A DNA stretch of 64,000 nucleotides, from NCBI GenBank assembly GCA_965217865.1, contig CBDCJO010000002.1, forward strand, positions 899,178-963,177. The letters run 5' to 3'. Below, piece by piece: positions 47,034 through 56,497 of this stretch (position 1 is its first letter; each line of letters begins with the position of its first letter). This DNA is from Candidatus Latescibacterota bacterium. Lineage in GTDB: Bacteria; Latescibacterota; UBA2968; SICM01. Made by a program: the position numbers and the translations under genes. The notes under the pieces were generated by a model, which worked only from the letters and a program-made list of their open reading frames with translations, was not told where the DNA came from and did no database searches.

Positions 47034-48269
47034 TTGAGCCATCGAATTTTTCTGATTCTTCCGACCACCACCTACCGGGCAAGTGCATTCCTTAAGGCGG
47101 CCCGGAAGTTGGACATAGAGATCGTTGTGGGATCGGACCGTCGCCAAGCCCTTGCGGATCAGACTCCAGGGAAGAGCCTTGCTCTCGATTTTCAGGACCC
47201 GGAGAAGGCCGTCCGTGAGATCGTCGAATTTTTCAAAGCCGATCCGCCAAAGGCCGTACTTGGGGTGGATGATGATAGCGTCCTCCTCGCATCCATGGCA
47301 AGCGAAGCCCTTTCTCTGCCACATAACACCGTCGCGGCGATCCTGGCCACCCGCAACAAGTACCGGATGCGGAGCATCACGGAAAAGGCGGGAATTCCAT
47401 CACCAGACTTTTTCCTTTTCCCGATAGACTCCGATCCCGTCTCGGTCTCCCGATCAGTGAAATTTCCTTGCGTCCTCAAACCGCTCTCTCTTTCAACCAG
47501 CCGCGGGGTTATCCGGGCGAACAATGCGGATGAATTGGAGTCCGCTTTCAAACGGATTGCGAGGATATTATCCGGCAAAAAGACGATTGTGAAAGGGGGC
47601 CGAACCGACGATGGCCTCCTGGTAGAAGACTACATCCCGGGAGCCGAGATCGCCCTGGAAGGAATGCTGTCCCGGGACGGTCTCCGGGTTCTGGCGCTTT
47701 TCGACAAGCCGGATCCCCTGGAAGGACCATTCTTTGAGGAGACCCTCTACATTACGCCATCTCGGCTTGCCGTCACCCTTCAGGATAAGATCAAGGACCG
47801 GACGGCTGAGGCCGCCAAGGCGCTCGGCCTTCGGGATGGCCCGATACACGCCGAATTACGTCTCAACGATGCGGGGGTCTGGATCGTGGAGATCGCCGCC
47901 CGTTCGATCGGAGGCCTGTGTTCCCGGACGTTGCGGTTCGGAACAGGCATGTCCCTTGAAGAAGTGATCCTGCGAAACGCAATCGGCTCACCCGCGGCCT
48001 CGATGGAACGGGATGGTGCAGCGGCCGGTGTGATGATGATGCCCATACCACAGAAGGGATTGTTACGAGGGATTAAGGGATTGGAGGCAGCGAGAATGGT
48101 CCCGGATATCGAAGAGATCTCGATTACCATCCCGACCAACCAGGCTGTGGTGCCGCTGCCGGAAGGGTCCAGATATCTGGGGTTCATCTTCGCCCGAGGG
48201 GAGTCTCCCTCGCTGGTGGAGGAGGCCCTCCGGGAGTCTTACGGGCAGATCGAGGTGATCATCGAATGA
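47034..48269 (+). CDS. ATP-grasp domain protein, substrate unknown
   Basis: FPCVLKPLSLSTSRGVIRANN, LVEDYIPGAEIALEGML, GPIHAELRLNDAGVWIVEIAARSIGG. TTG start. Confidence 0.7.
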   Translation: MSHRIFLILPTTTYRASAFLKAARKLDIEIVVGSDRRQALADQTPGKSLALDFQDPEKAVREIVEFFKADPPKAVLGVDDDSVLLASMASEALSLPHNTVAAILATRNKYRMRSITEKAGIPSPDFFLFPIDSDPVSVSRSVKFPCVLKPLSLSTSRGVIRANNADELESAFKRIARILSGKKTIVKGGRTDDGLLVEDYIPGAEIALEGMLSRDGLRVLALFDKPDPLEGPFFEETLYITPSRLAVTLQDKIKDRTAEAAKALGLRDGPIHAELRLNDAGVWIVEIAARSIGGLCSRTLRFGTGMSLEEVILRNAIGSPAASMERDGAAAGVMMMPIPQKGLLRGIKGLEAARMVPDIEEISITIPTNQAVVPLPEGSRYLGFIFARGESPSLVEEALRESYGQIEVIIE

Positions 48270-48305
48270 ACGGAAGGGAAAGTGAGGAGAGAACTTGCAC
48301 GGGGT

Positions 48306-49793
48306 TTAAACAAGAGCAAACTGCTCTTCGGAGGGTTCCGCTCAGCAGTACCACGGTTCCGTCATGTACGGAATCGTAACGGGTGAACGCTTAAAATACG
48401 GGTCGGGCAATGACTCCGACCGATGTAGGGCTTTCTGCACACAGGTCCAGATGGTATCGAAAACATCCCTTCGACAGGCATTCCCCGCCTGTCCTTCGCA
48501 AATCAGGTTCCTGACATCGTGGTAGAGCCGGTCCACCCCAGGATCCTGATGGCTCCAATCATAACTCAGTCGCTCCTCTTCAAAAGGACCCATCAAGGAC
48601 CTGACTTCAGGTAGCTCCAGAAGTTTGGAATGTGCGGGGATCAACAATCGTATCGCCAGCTGTATCGGAGATACGGAATCGATCAGATCGAGAGTCGTCA
48701 ACAACTCCAACAGCTCCAGATAGCCGTCGAGGGTTATCCACGGAGAGAATGGGACAAAGGTGGGGTTCAAGTTGAGACCGAGGTGGTTAAAAATCTTTAC
48801 GACCCCGATAAAGTCCTCCCGGGTATGGCCTTTGTCCAATATCGCGAGCACCCTGTCATCTATCGATTCTACGGCCGTTGTCACCATCGCGCAACCCGTT
48901 TCACGCAGGGTTGGGAGATGCTTGGTGTATTTCAGCAGGTGCTCGACTTTGATCGTAACATCGTAGGAAACGGCTGGAAATTCTTCGTGAAGGGCTTGGA
49001 TGAGGGGGATGGCGTGGCCGATGCCGTTGAAGAAATCAGGATCACCAAATGTGATGTGCTCCGCGCCTGCCTCCACCTGTTGTCGAATGTCCTGAAGGAC
49101 AACCTCGGACTGGACGATACGGAATTTCCCTCGATAGACCGGCACGATCGGGCAGTGACGACAGAGGTGTTTACACCCTCGGCTGGCCTCAACATAACCG
49201 ACCGTTCTGGACTGCTGTTCTCCGACGTGAAGTCTCGCATAATGGGACAGGGGGGGAAGTCCCTGCCGATCCGGCACAATAAACTCCTGACGTCGGATTG
49301 AAATCAACGGTTCCAACTGCCCTTCAGGAGGTTCCTGATCTCCGGAGTCGAGCAGCCGTCTGCAAAGGCTGGCCAATCCCTCCTCGAATTCCCCTCCGAG
49401 AATGGTATCCGCTCCTGTACGCCGCAGGTGGGCCTGATTCATCGGGGCATACAGGCCGTAGCAGCAGATATGTGCACGGGGATTGAGACTTTTTACTTTG
49501 GGGATGAGGAGCACTGTGAGCCGGGTGGCGGTGTGCATCGGAACGAAGAACGCCACCATGTCCGAACCTTCAATCCTGCGCTGAGGAAAGTCATCGACGG
49601 ACAAGTCCGCACAGATAACATCTACACCCTCGGCTCTGAGCCAAGCAGCCGGGGATGCCAGACCAAATGGCTGTCGGCCCAGCTCATACGTCGAGATCAG
49701 GAGAACTTTCAACGGTGGGCTTGCGGTATCGCTAGGCTGGTTATGCGGGGGATTACTTGGATGGCTGATAATAGGGATTGTTCCCACTCGCAT
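48306..49793 (-). CDS. B12-binding-domain radical SAM protein with a C-U-A-E-P tail; TGA at 48342..48344 read as selenocysteine
   Basis: N-terminal B12-binding-like Rossmann segment (KVLLISTYELGRQPFGL...MVAFFVPMH) and radical SAM motif EASRGCKHLCRHCPIV. The track ORF ends ...MTEPWYC-TGA. Continuing in frame gives AEPSEEQFALV then TAA (48306..48308), so the tail reads YCUAEP. Confidence 0.65.
48312..48328 (-). promoter_or_regulatory. SECIS-like hairpin downstream of the in-frame UGA
   Basis: The minus-strand RNA reads AAGAGCA-GUU-UGCUCUU, a 7-bp stem with a 3-nt G/U loop that starts 13 nt after the UGA. This spacing is similar to the ~11 nt reported for the minimal E. coli fdhF SECIS. No U-tract follows, so it is a poor terminator. 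Confidence 0.4.
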
Positions 49794-50334
49794 GGTCTGT
49801 CACATCGAAGACTTCGGTGATTTCCGGAACGGATTCCTTGATCATCACTTCGATCCCCTGTTTCAGAGTGACATCAACCATGCCACAGCCCTGGCATCCG
49901 CCTCCAAGTTGGAGGAAGACGACATTGTCTTTGATGTCGATCAGGGAAACGTACCCGCCGTGGTTGGCCACACCCGGATTGATCTTCTCATCGATCACGG
50001 TCTGCACTCTCTGGGCGATAGGTCCTGACAAATTTTGTGGAAGTTTTTTCGGGGCATCTATCTTGAACCCGCTGGCCATGTCTTCCTCGACGTAGTCAAC
50101 CGTCGCTTCTTCGAGATGCTGGAGGCTATCGGGATCGATGTAGAGGTCGAAACCCTCGAAATTTACGACGGTGTCCACCTGCTCTTCCTGGCCATCGAGA
50201 ATGAATGCGAGCTGGTAATTTACTTTTAGGGGCGACTGGGCCTCGGCCTTGATACGCAACCCTTTCACGGGTTTCCCGGTGTCCGCGATGAGTTGGACGA
50301 TCTTTGTTTTTGCCGCCTCGGTGATTGTGACCAT
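49753..50334 (-). CDS. nfuA: NfuA-like Fe-S cluster carrier (degenerate A-type N-domain plus Nfu C-domain)
   Basis: 193 aa. The N-terminus MVTITEAAKTKIVQL is HesB/IscA-like without the Cys triad. The C-terminus carries GGCQGCGMVDVTLKQGIE (CxxC Nfu motif). Confidence 0.75.
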   Translation of the reverse strand: MVTITEAAKTKIVQLIADTGKPVKGLRIKAEAQSPLKVNYQLAFILDGQEEQVDTVVNFEGFDLYIDPDSLQHLEEATVDYVEEDMASGFKIDAPKKLPQNLSGPIAQRVQTVIDEKINPGVANHGGYVSLIDIKDNVVFLQLGGGCQGCGMVDVTLKQGIEVMIKESVPEITEVFDVTDHASGNNPYYQPSK

Positions 50335-50364
50335 CCCAAACCTCCTGTGGGGTCTAAGAAGCCG

Positions 50365-50393
50365 TTGACTCCGTGGGTTCCCAATGTTATATA
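50365..50393 (+). promoter_or_regulatory. near-consensus sigma70-type promoter upstream of the csp gene
   Basis: TTGACT (50365..50370), a 17-nt spacer, then TATATA (50388..50393). This implies a leader of about 235 nt before the ATG at 50633. Confidence 0.4.
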
Positions 50394-50632
50394 TTTACTA
50401 TATTTTTCTTTCTTGTCAACTATTTAGTCATGCAGGGCCTCACCGGAAGGCGGAAATTATTTAAAATGCGGTTGTAAATTCGGATCGGCCTGCATTTTCC
50501 ACGTGCGCGGTGCGGAATTGGAATGTATATTATGGCTGGGTTTACCCGGGAACTGATTGATTCAGCCCAATTTGAAATCAAATTGAGACGTTATGGATTT
50601 AGCATCACCACACCAAGGAGAGATAAAGCATC

Positions 50633-50896
50633 ATGTGGGGTTGGTTTCGGAGGATTTTTCAAGGCGGTTCTCTCACTTCTTCCCCTCCACTTCTACAAGG
50701 CACGATCAAGCGGATTATTCGGGATAGGGGATTTGGGTTCATTCGAACGAGTGGAGGAAAAGAGGTCTTCTTTCACAGATCAGCGCTGATTGACGTGAAT
50801 TTGGGATCTCTTTCGGAAGGGCAGAGCGTCGAATTTGAGGTGGAGGAAGGTCCAAAGGGTCCCAGGGCTTCCAGGGTTCGTGCGGTTGACCATTAA
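50633..50896 (+). CDS. cold-shock domain protein with a 22-aa N-terminal extension
   Basis: GTIKRIIRDRGFGFIRTSGGKEVFFHRSAL contains the RNP1/RNP2-like motifs. An AAGGAG Shine-Dalgarno lies upstream of the ATG. There is no alternative in-frame start codon close to the CSD core. Confidence 0.75.
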   Translation: MWGWFRRIFQGGSLTSSPPLLQGTIKRIIRDRGFGFIRTSGGKEVFFHRSALIDVNLGSLSEGQSVEFEVEEGPKGPRASRVRAVDH

Positions 50897-52008
50897 TGGC
50901 TTAGGATCTCCTTTGCGAATGATTTAAGGATTTCCACGATCCTTTCTGCAACGTTTCCATCCCATAAGTCGGGAACTCCTCCCTCTTTGTAACACCCATC
51001 GAGTACCCGGAAGGCCTCTCGAATGATTATATCCGGTTCTGAACCGACCAGGGTATTTGTCCCCACCGAGATGGTCTCCGGACGTTCGGTATTTTCACGA
51101 ACCGTTAGACACGGGATGCCCAGGCAGGTTGTCTCCTCTTGTATTCCGCCGGAATCTGTAATCACGAGGCGGGCTTCTTTCTGGAGTTTGATGGATTCGA
51201 CATAACCGACCGGTTCGGTCGTAATCAGGTTGGGCATCTGATCGATATCTTTTTGCAAGCCGTGTGTCTCCAATGCCAAACGGGTCCTGGGGTGCAATGA
51301 GAAGAGGAGAGGGATGCGCTTCTGGATATCGCTGAGGGCAGACAGGATCGCTTTCAGTTTTTCCGGATGGTCGACATTGGATGGACGGTGGAGGGTGACG
51401 AAGCCATAGTCTTGGGGGTGGACCCCCAAAGTAGACAGGACGGGCGAGTTTTCGGCAGCTTCCATGGTGTTGAAGAGTGTATCGACCATCACGTTTCCCA
51501 CACGGTGGATCTTCTCCGGAGGGATCCCTTCTCGGGTCAAGTTTGCCCCTGCCTCTTCCGAGGTGGTGAGGAGGAGGTCCGATAGCGTGTCCGTTATCAT
51601 CCGGTTGATCTCTTCGGGCATCCTCCTGTCGAAGCTGCGAAGGCCCGCCTCTACGTGTGCGACCGGGATATGGAGCATCGCACCGCAGAGCGCACAGGCG
51701 AGGGTCGCGTTGACGTCGCCAACGACCAGAATGAGATCGGTTTTTTGATCGTTCAGGATTTTTTCAAAGGCCATCATCGTTTTTGCGGTCTGAACCGCTT
51801 GTGTTCCAGATCCGATCCCCAGATGGTGGTCCGGTTCGGGAAGTTCCAGGTCGCGGAAAAAGATAGCGGACATCTGCCAGTCGTAGTGTTGATCCGTGTG
51901 AACAAAGGAAGGTAAAAACGCATCCGGGTCCTTTCTAAGGGCCCGGAGGATCGGGGCAATTTTCATAAAGTTTGGCCGCGCACCCGCGACGAGGGTGATG
52001 CTCAGCAT
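50893..52008 (-). CDS. wecB: UDP-N-acetylglucosamine 2-epimerase (non-hydrolysing)
   Basis: ITLVAGARPNFMKIAPI, VVGDVNATLACALC, HVEAGLRSFDRRMPEEINR, TDSGGIQEE. Confidence 0.85.
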   Translation of the reverse strand: MLSITLVAGARPNFMKIAPILRALRKDPDAFLPSFVHTDQHYDWQMSAIFFRDLELPEPDHHLGIGSGTQAVQTAKTMMAFEKILNDQKTDLILVVGDVNATLACALCGAMLHIPVAHVEAGLRSFDRRMPEEINRMITDTLSDLLLTTSEEAGANLTREGIPPEKIHRVGNVMVDTLFNTMEAAENSPVLSTLGVHPQDYGFVTLHRPSNVDHPEKLKAILSALSDIQKRIPLLFSLHPRTRLALETHGLQKDIDQMPNLITTEPVGYVESIKLQKEARLVITDSGGIQEETTCLGIPCLTVRENTERPETISVGTNTLVGSEPDIIIREAFRVLDGCYKEGGVPDLWDGNVAERIVEILKSFAKEILSH

Positions 52009-52166
52009 GAAGTGCGGTCCTTTGGTGTTGAATGAGCCGTTAGCTGGACGGTCCGTGCAGCCTTTTCTTTTGAGACCGGTTGTACCATAGGCAAAAATGG
52101 ATTAAAAGCAAAAAAATTTGCGTTAAACAGCCCAAGATGTCAAGTTCATAACAGGTCGGAGGTTTC

Positions 52167-52511
52167 ATGGCTGATAAAGCCCTTATGTCGGTTCTGATGC
52201 CCGTTATGCTTGCCCTGTGCGTCCTGGCCTGCCAGGGGGCCGGTGCACGCGAGTCTAAGATCAAAGTGGACAGTGTGGTATGCGGCATGTGCGAGAAGAC
52301 GGTAAAGACCGCGCTCGGGGATGTGGAGGGGGTCCATCAGGTCGCCGTCGATATGGATGAAAAGGTAGTTACAGTAAAGTATGACGAGTCCAAGGTCCTC
52401 CTCAAAGAGTTGGAAAAGGCTATCGCGACGGTTGGTTATAATGCGAACGACACAAAGGCGGAGCCAGAAGCCTATGCCGATCTCCCGATGTGTTGTAAAA
52501 TAAACGGTTAA
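52167..52511 (+). CDS. heavy-metal-associated (HMA) domain lipoprotein / periplasmic metallochaperone
   Basis: Signal peptide with a lipobox-like VLAC, HMA motif VCGMCEKTVKTAL, and a C-terminal MCC. Confidence 0.65.
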   Translation: MADKALMSVLMPVMLALCVLACQGAGARESKIKVDSVVCGMCEKTVKTALGDVEGVHQVAVDMDEKVVTVKYDESKVLLKELEKAIATVGYNANDTKAEPEAYADLPMCCKING

Positions 52512-52573
52512 AGAGCTAAGAGGAAACCTGTTTTGCCGAATTTTGCAATCCTGTATAAGGTACAGGAGATTCG

Positions 52574-54283
52574 ATGAATATTCCGACCCATGACGTCCTG
52601 GTTGTGGGAGGGGGTGGTGCAGGTTTGCGGGCCGCCATCGCTTCGGTCGAAGCTAACGATCGCATCAGTGTCGGGGTGGTGTCCAAGGTCTATCCCATGC
52701 GGAGCCACACGGTTTCGGCCGAGGGGGGGACAGCTGCGGTGATGCGGGAGGACGACGATCTGGACTCGCATGCGTACGACACCATCAAAGGAAGTGATTT
52801 TCTGGCGGACCAGGATGTGGTGGAGACTTTTGTTAAAGAGGCCCGGGATGAGGTGATTCAGATGGAGCACTGGGGTTGTCCCTGGAGTCGGGATCCCGAC
52901 GGTCGTGTGAGCGTGAGGGCTTTCGGGGGTATGAGTGTGAAGCGGACACTGTTCGCCGCGGATAAGACGGGGTTCCACATGCTGCACACCCTATTCCAGA
53001 CCTCCATGAAGTATGAACGCATCAGGCGATACGATGAGTGGTTTGTGACGTCTCTAATCCTGGAGGATGATAAAATATGCGGTGTGGTGGCTCTGAACCT
53101 CCTTTCGGGGGGTATTCACGCCATACCGGCGAAGGCCGTTATCATTTGCACAGGGGGGGCCGGAAGGATCTTTCCATTCACCACGAATGCAGCCATCAAG
53201 ACCGGAGACGGAATGGCGCTGGCCTATCGGGCGGGGTGCGCGTTGAAAGACCTGGAATTCGTTCAATATCACCCCACCGGTCTCCCCGGCACGGGGATCC
53301 TCATGACAGAGGCCTCAAGGGGAGAGGGCGGCTATCTGCACAACAACAAAGGTGAGCGATATTTGAGCGAGTATGTCCCCGGAAAGATGGAGTTGGGCCC
53401 CAGGGATATCCTTTCCCGCGCATTTATCCACGAAACGAGGGAGGGGAGGGTCTTTGAGGGCCCCCACGGGACGTATGTCCATCTGGATTTGCGACATCTC
53501 GGGGAAAGGACCATCGACGAGAAGCTGCCATTTGTGAGGGAGCTCACCCGAAACTATGTGGGGATCGATCCGGTCTACGAGCCGATTCCGGTCAGGCCGG
53601 TGGTTCATTACATGATGGGTGGCGTGCATACGGATATCCACGGGGCGACACCCATTCACGGCTTGTATGCAGCGGGGGAGGCCGCCTGTGTGACCATGAA
53701 CGGTGCGAATCGCCTGGGGTCCAATTCCCTCTCCGAGTGTCTCGTCTTCGGGGCAAGGGCCGGTCGGGCGGCGGCAGATTATTCGGAGGGGCAGGGCCCT
53801 CCCGATAGCCTCATCCTGGGAAAGATTACCGAAGCGGAAAGAAACCGAATCGAAACGGATTACCTTCATCGGCAAAACGGGAAAGACCGAGTGGCCGATA
53901 TCCGAAACGAGCTGCAGGCCTCCCTGGAGAAGGGAGCGGGTATATTCCGTGAAGATGGAGAAATCAAACAAACGTGCGAAACGATTCGAGGACTCAAAGA
54001 ACGCTTTGAGCGGGTCGGGCTGGATGATCGGTCAGGGGTTTTCAATACGGAACTCATCTCTGCCCTCGAACTGGGATATATGCTTGACGTCGCCGAAGCC
54101 CTCGCCCATTCAGCCCTTTTGAGACAAGAATCGAGAGGATCCCACGCCCGTTCGGATTTCGAAGAACGAGACGACGATCGTTTTCTCAATCATTCTCTTG
54201 CGTATCGGACGCCAGATGGACCCCGTATCGAATACCTGCCGGTGTCGATCACCCGATGGCAACCTGAAGAGCGGAAATATTAG
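52574..54283 (+). CDS. frdA: fumarate reductase / succinate dehydrogenase flavoprotein subunit (E. coli Frd type)
   Basis: [17 protein letters not shown] and [11 protein letters not shown], which contains the His for covalent FAD. The gene is followed by frdB, frdC and frdD homologues. Confidence 0.85.
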   Translation: MNIPTHDVLVVGGGGAGLRAAIASVEANDRISVGVVSKVYPMRSHTVSAEGGTAAVMREDDDLDSHAYDTIKGSDFLADQDVVETFVKEARDEVIQMEHWGCPWSRDPDGRVSVRAFGGMSVKRTLFAADKTGFHMLHTLFQTSMKYERIRRYDEWFVTSLILEDDKICGVVALNLLSGGIHAIPAKAVIICTGGAGRIFPFTTNAAIKTGDGMALAYRAGCALKDLEFVQYHPTGLPGTGILMTEASRGEGGYLHNNKGERYLSEYVPGKMELGPRDILSRAFIHETREGRVFEGPHGTYVHLDLRHLGERTIDEKLPFVRELTRNYVGIDPVYEPIPVRPVVHYMMGGVHTDIHGATPIHGLYAAGEAACVTMNGANRLGSNSLSECLVFGARAGRAAADYSEGQGPPDSLILGKITEAERNRIETDYLHRQNGKDRVADIRNELQASLEKGAGIFREDGEIKQTCETIRGLKERFERVGLDDRSGVFNTELISALELGYMLDVAEALAHSALLRQESRGSHARSDFEERDDDRFLNHSLAYRTPDGPRIEYLPVSITRWQPEERKY

Positions 54284-54306
54284 AGTGAAAGAAAGAAAGG
54301 GCACGC

Positions 54307-55053
54307 ATGAGCACTAAGACCATCACCTTGAAGGTGACGCGATATCGGCCGGAACAGGAGGAGGCCCCGACAGAGCAATCCTATCAAATCCCGTATCGGG
54401 ATGATTGGGTTGTCCTCGACGCCCTCAACTATGTCAAAGATCGGGTTGACGGTACCCTATCATATCGCTGGTCCTGCCGGATGGGGGTGTGCGGAAGTTG
54501 TGGTATGATGGTCAACGGAGAACCTAAACTGACGTGTTCCGCCTTCCTGAAGGATTACTATCCGGACGAGGTACGGGTTGAGCCGCTCGTCAATTTTCCG
54601 ATCGTTAGGGATCTTGTGATCGATATGACGGACTTTATGAATAAGCTCAAGGCCGTGAAACCATGGGTCATGCGACAGCGGGAGAAACCCGTGACAGAAG
54701 GAGAGCATCTCCAATCACCGGCTCAGCTAAAGACTTTCAAACAATTTAGCATGTGCATCAACTGTATGCTTTGTTATGCCGCGTGTCCGGTCTACGGCCT
54801 GGAGCCTGAGTTCATCGGGCCCGCCGCCATCGCCCTGGCGCACCGATACAATATCGACTCCAGGGACGAGGGTTGGGAAGAAAGAAAGCCGATCGTCGCG
54901 AGCAGCGAGGGGATCTGGGAGTGTACCTACATCGGCGAGTGCAGTGTGGTCTGTCCTAAGGAGGTAGATCCTGCGGCGGCCATCCAGCGAACCAAGGTTG
55001 CGACGACCACGGACTGGGTCAAGTCGATTCTCTTGCCGTGGGGGAGAAGTTGA
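54307..55053 (+). CDS. frdB: fumarate reductase iron-sulfur subunit
   Basis: [41 protein letters not shown]. Confidence 0.85.
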   Translation: MSTKTITLKVTRYRPEQEEAPTEQSYQIPYRDDWVVLDALNYVKDRVDGTLSYRWSCRMGVCGSCGMMVNGEPKLTCSAFLKDYYPDEVRVEPLVNFPIVRDLVIDMTDFMNKLKAVKPWVMRQREKPVTEGEHLQSPAQLKTFKQFSMCINCMLCYAACPVYGLEPEFIGPAAIALAHRYNIDSRDEGWEERKPIVASSEGIWECTYIGECSVVCPKEVDPAAAIQRTKVATTTDWVKSILLPWGRS

Positions 55054-55463
55054 TGGAGATGGAATCCGAATACAGGTACCGGACCTATAACCGTCCGATA
55101 CCCGCCACTTGGTGGCTGCGCAACCGCAGGTATTTTTTGTTTATGATACGGGAACTGACCAGCGTGTTTGTCGCTCTGTTCGTCCTGTTGTATCTCTACG
55201 AAATCTTTTTGTTGACCAAGGGGCCGGCCGTGTACGGAAAGTTCCAGGAATCCCTGCGGTCGGGCCCGTTCATCGCGTTTTATGTTATCGTCCTCCTCTT
55301 CGCAATCTTCCACAGCATCACGTGGCTGGGTTTGGTCCCCAAGATTCAGATCGTCCGTCTAGGCCGTATGACGGTCCCTCCGATTTTGGTCGCAGTGGGC
55401 TCGTATATCGCCTGGATCGTCGCCTCGGCCGTCGTCGCCACTTTTTTCTTTACCCTGACGTGA
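55053..55463 (+). CDS. frdC: fumarate reductase membrane anchor subunit C
   Basis: RPIPATWWLRNRRYFLFMIRELTSVFVALF parallels E. coli FrdC [25 protein letters not shown]. The ATG at 55053 overlaps the frdB TGA and has GGGGAG upstream. The track ORF starts at 55038. Confidence 0.75.
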   Translation: MEMESEYRYRTYNRPIPATWWLRNRRYFLFMIRELTSVFVALFVLLYLYEIFLLTKGPAVYGKFQESLRSGPFIAFYVIVLLFAIFHSITWLGLVPKIQIVRLGRMTVPPILVAVGSYIAWIVASAVVATFFFTLT

Positions 55464-55474
55464 GAGGCTGAATC

Positions 55475-55834
55475 GTGTACAAACAGAATAAAAGCGAACC
55501 GTTTTGGTGGGGGATGTTTTCCCTGGGAGGGGTTGTGGCTGCGCTCCTGGTGCCGATCCATATCTTCCTCGACGGTCTGGCCGTGCCACTGGGTCTGTTG
55601 GAGGAAGATACCCTGGGTTACGAGCGGATGCGAGCCTTGATCTCGCATCCGCTTGCAAAGATCTATCTTTCTGTACTGGTGATCCTCCCCCTCTATCACG
55701 CCGCCCACAGGATCCGCTTTTCCCTCTACGAACTGGGAATCAGGGAGTTCCGGCTCTCCATGGATGCCCTCTGTTACGGCGGGGCGCTCGTAGGGACGGC
55801 GATCGCAGGATATATCTTGTGGGGCCTTTTATAA
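55475..55834 (+). CDS. frdD: fumarate reductase membrane anchor subunit D
   Basis: SEPFWWGMFSLGGVVAALLVPIHIF parallels E. coli FrdD [22 protein letters not shown]. 119 aa with three TM helices. GTG start. Confidence 0.75.
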   Translation: MYKQNKSEPFWWGMFSLGGVVAALLVPIHIFLDGLAVPLGLLEEDTLGYERMRALISHPLAKIYLSVLVILPLYHAAHRIRFSLYELGIREFRLSMDALCYGGALVGTAIAGYILWGLL

Positions 55835-55879
55835 GACCGGTTCTCGTGCTTCGTGCCCGATGTCAGAACGCCAGATCTC

Positions 55880-55911
55880 AAAAAAGCCCGGTTGATCCGC
55901 CGGGCTTTTTT
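55880..55911. terminator. bidirectional rho-independent terminator between frdD and the convergent orf164
   Basis: aaaaagcccgg-ttgatccg-ccgggcttttt. The GC core is gcccgg/ccgggc, flanked by an A6 run on one side and a T6 run on the other. Confidence 0.65.
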
Positions 55912-55951
55912 CCTTATGGGTCCACGCATAACGTGTGGGATTCTTGGATGA

Positions 55952-56446
55952 TCACTCCAAGGGTTGTTCGGCTTGATCCGGGGGTCTCTCTTTAAGATTT
56001 CGATCCATAATGGTACGGGCGCAGGTATTCCAACGGAGGACTGCGTCCTCGTCGCCGGGGCGATGTACCTTCTCCGCTTTTTCGAACCAGTCCATTGCTT
56101 CGCGCAGAAGATCGAATGCATCAAATCCGGAGCCGGGATATCCTCTATTAAGTCTGGCCTTGGCCTGCCGTTCATAGATGATCCCGGTATAGTAGGCCCG
56201 CTGATAGTCGTCGTGCAGCCTTGGGATCAATTCCATGGGTTGAATTATCCCGATGTTCGCCTGTCCAAACTGGTCGGTAAAAGCCAAAATCAGCCCGATG
56301 AGCGCCTGCTGATTTTCGGGATCTATATTCAGGATGTCCTGACTGATGCTCACCGCGACCGCGGGCTCGTTGAGGAGTCTGTAGCGTTCGACCCGCTCGA
56401 GAGCGTGAGGAATGGCTTCTTTTGAAATGGTTTTGATCTCGAACAT
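55952..56446 (-). CDS. hypothetical helical protein downstream of sdhB
   Basis: 164 aa, same strand as sdhCAB and 51 nt after the sdhB stop. It appears helical and TPR-like from its composition. No family recognised. Confidence 0.45.
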   Translation of the reverse strand: MFEIKTISKEAIPHALERVERYRLLNEPAVAVSISQDILNIDPENQQALIGLILAFTDQFGQANIGIIQPMELIPRLHDDYQRAYYTGIIYERQAKARLNRGYPGSGFDAFDLLREAMDWFEKAEKVHRPGDEDAVLRWNTCARTIMDRNLKERPPDQAEQPLE

Positions 56447-56497
56447 TACTTATCCCACGTGTAGGTTCAGGTCGGGTTACCTCCGGACGATGGTCCG

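Noticed and set aside
48312-48328. The hairpin after the radical SAM gene, interpreted as a shared terminator for the convergent ATP-grasp and rSAM genes
   Set aside because: This interpretation is not adopted as primary. The stem is not followed by a U-tract on either strand, and it lies at SECIS-like spacing from an in-frame UGA followed by A-E-P. A terminator role cannot be excluded without data.
53315-53971. 218-aa minus-strand ORF inside frdA, plus similar ORFs inside sdhA (57737..58282) and at 60615..61208
   Set aside because: These are antisense shadows within highly conserved flavoprotein and kinase genes. No motifs were found.
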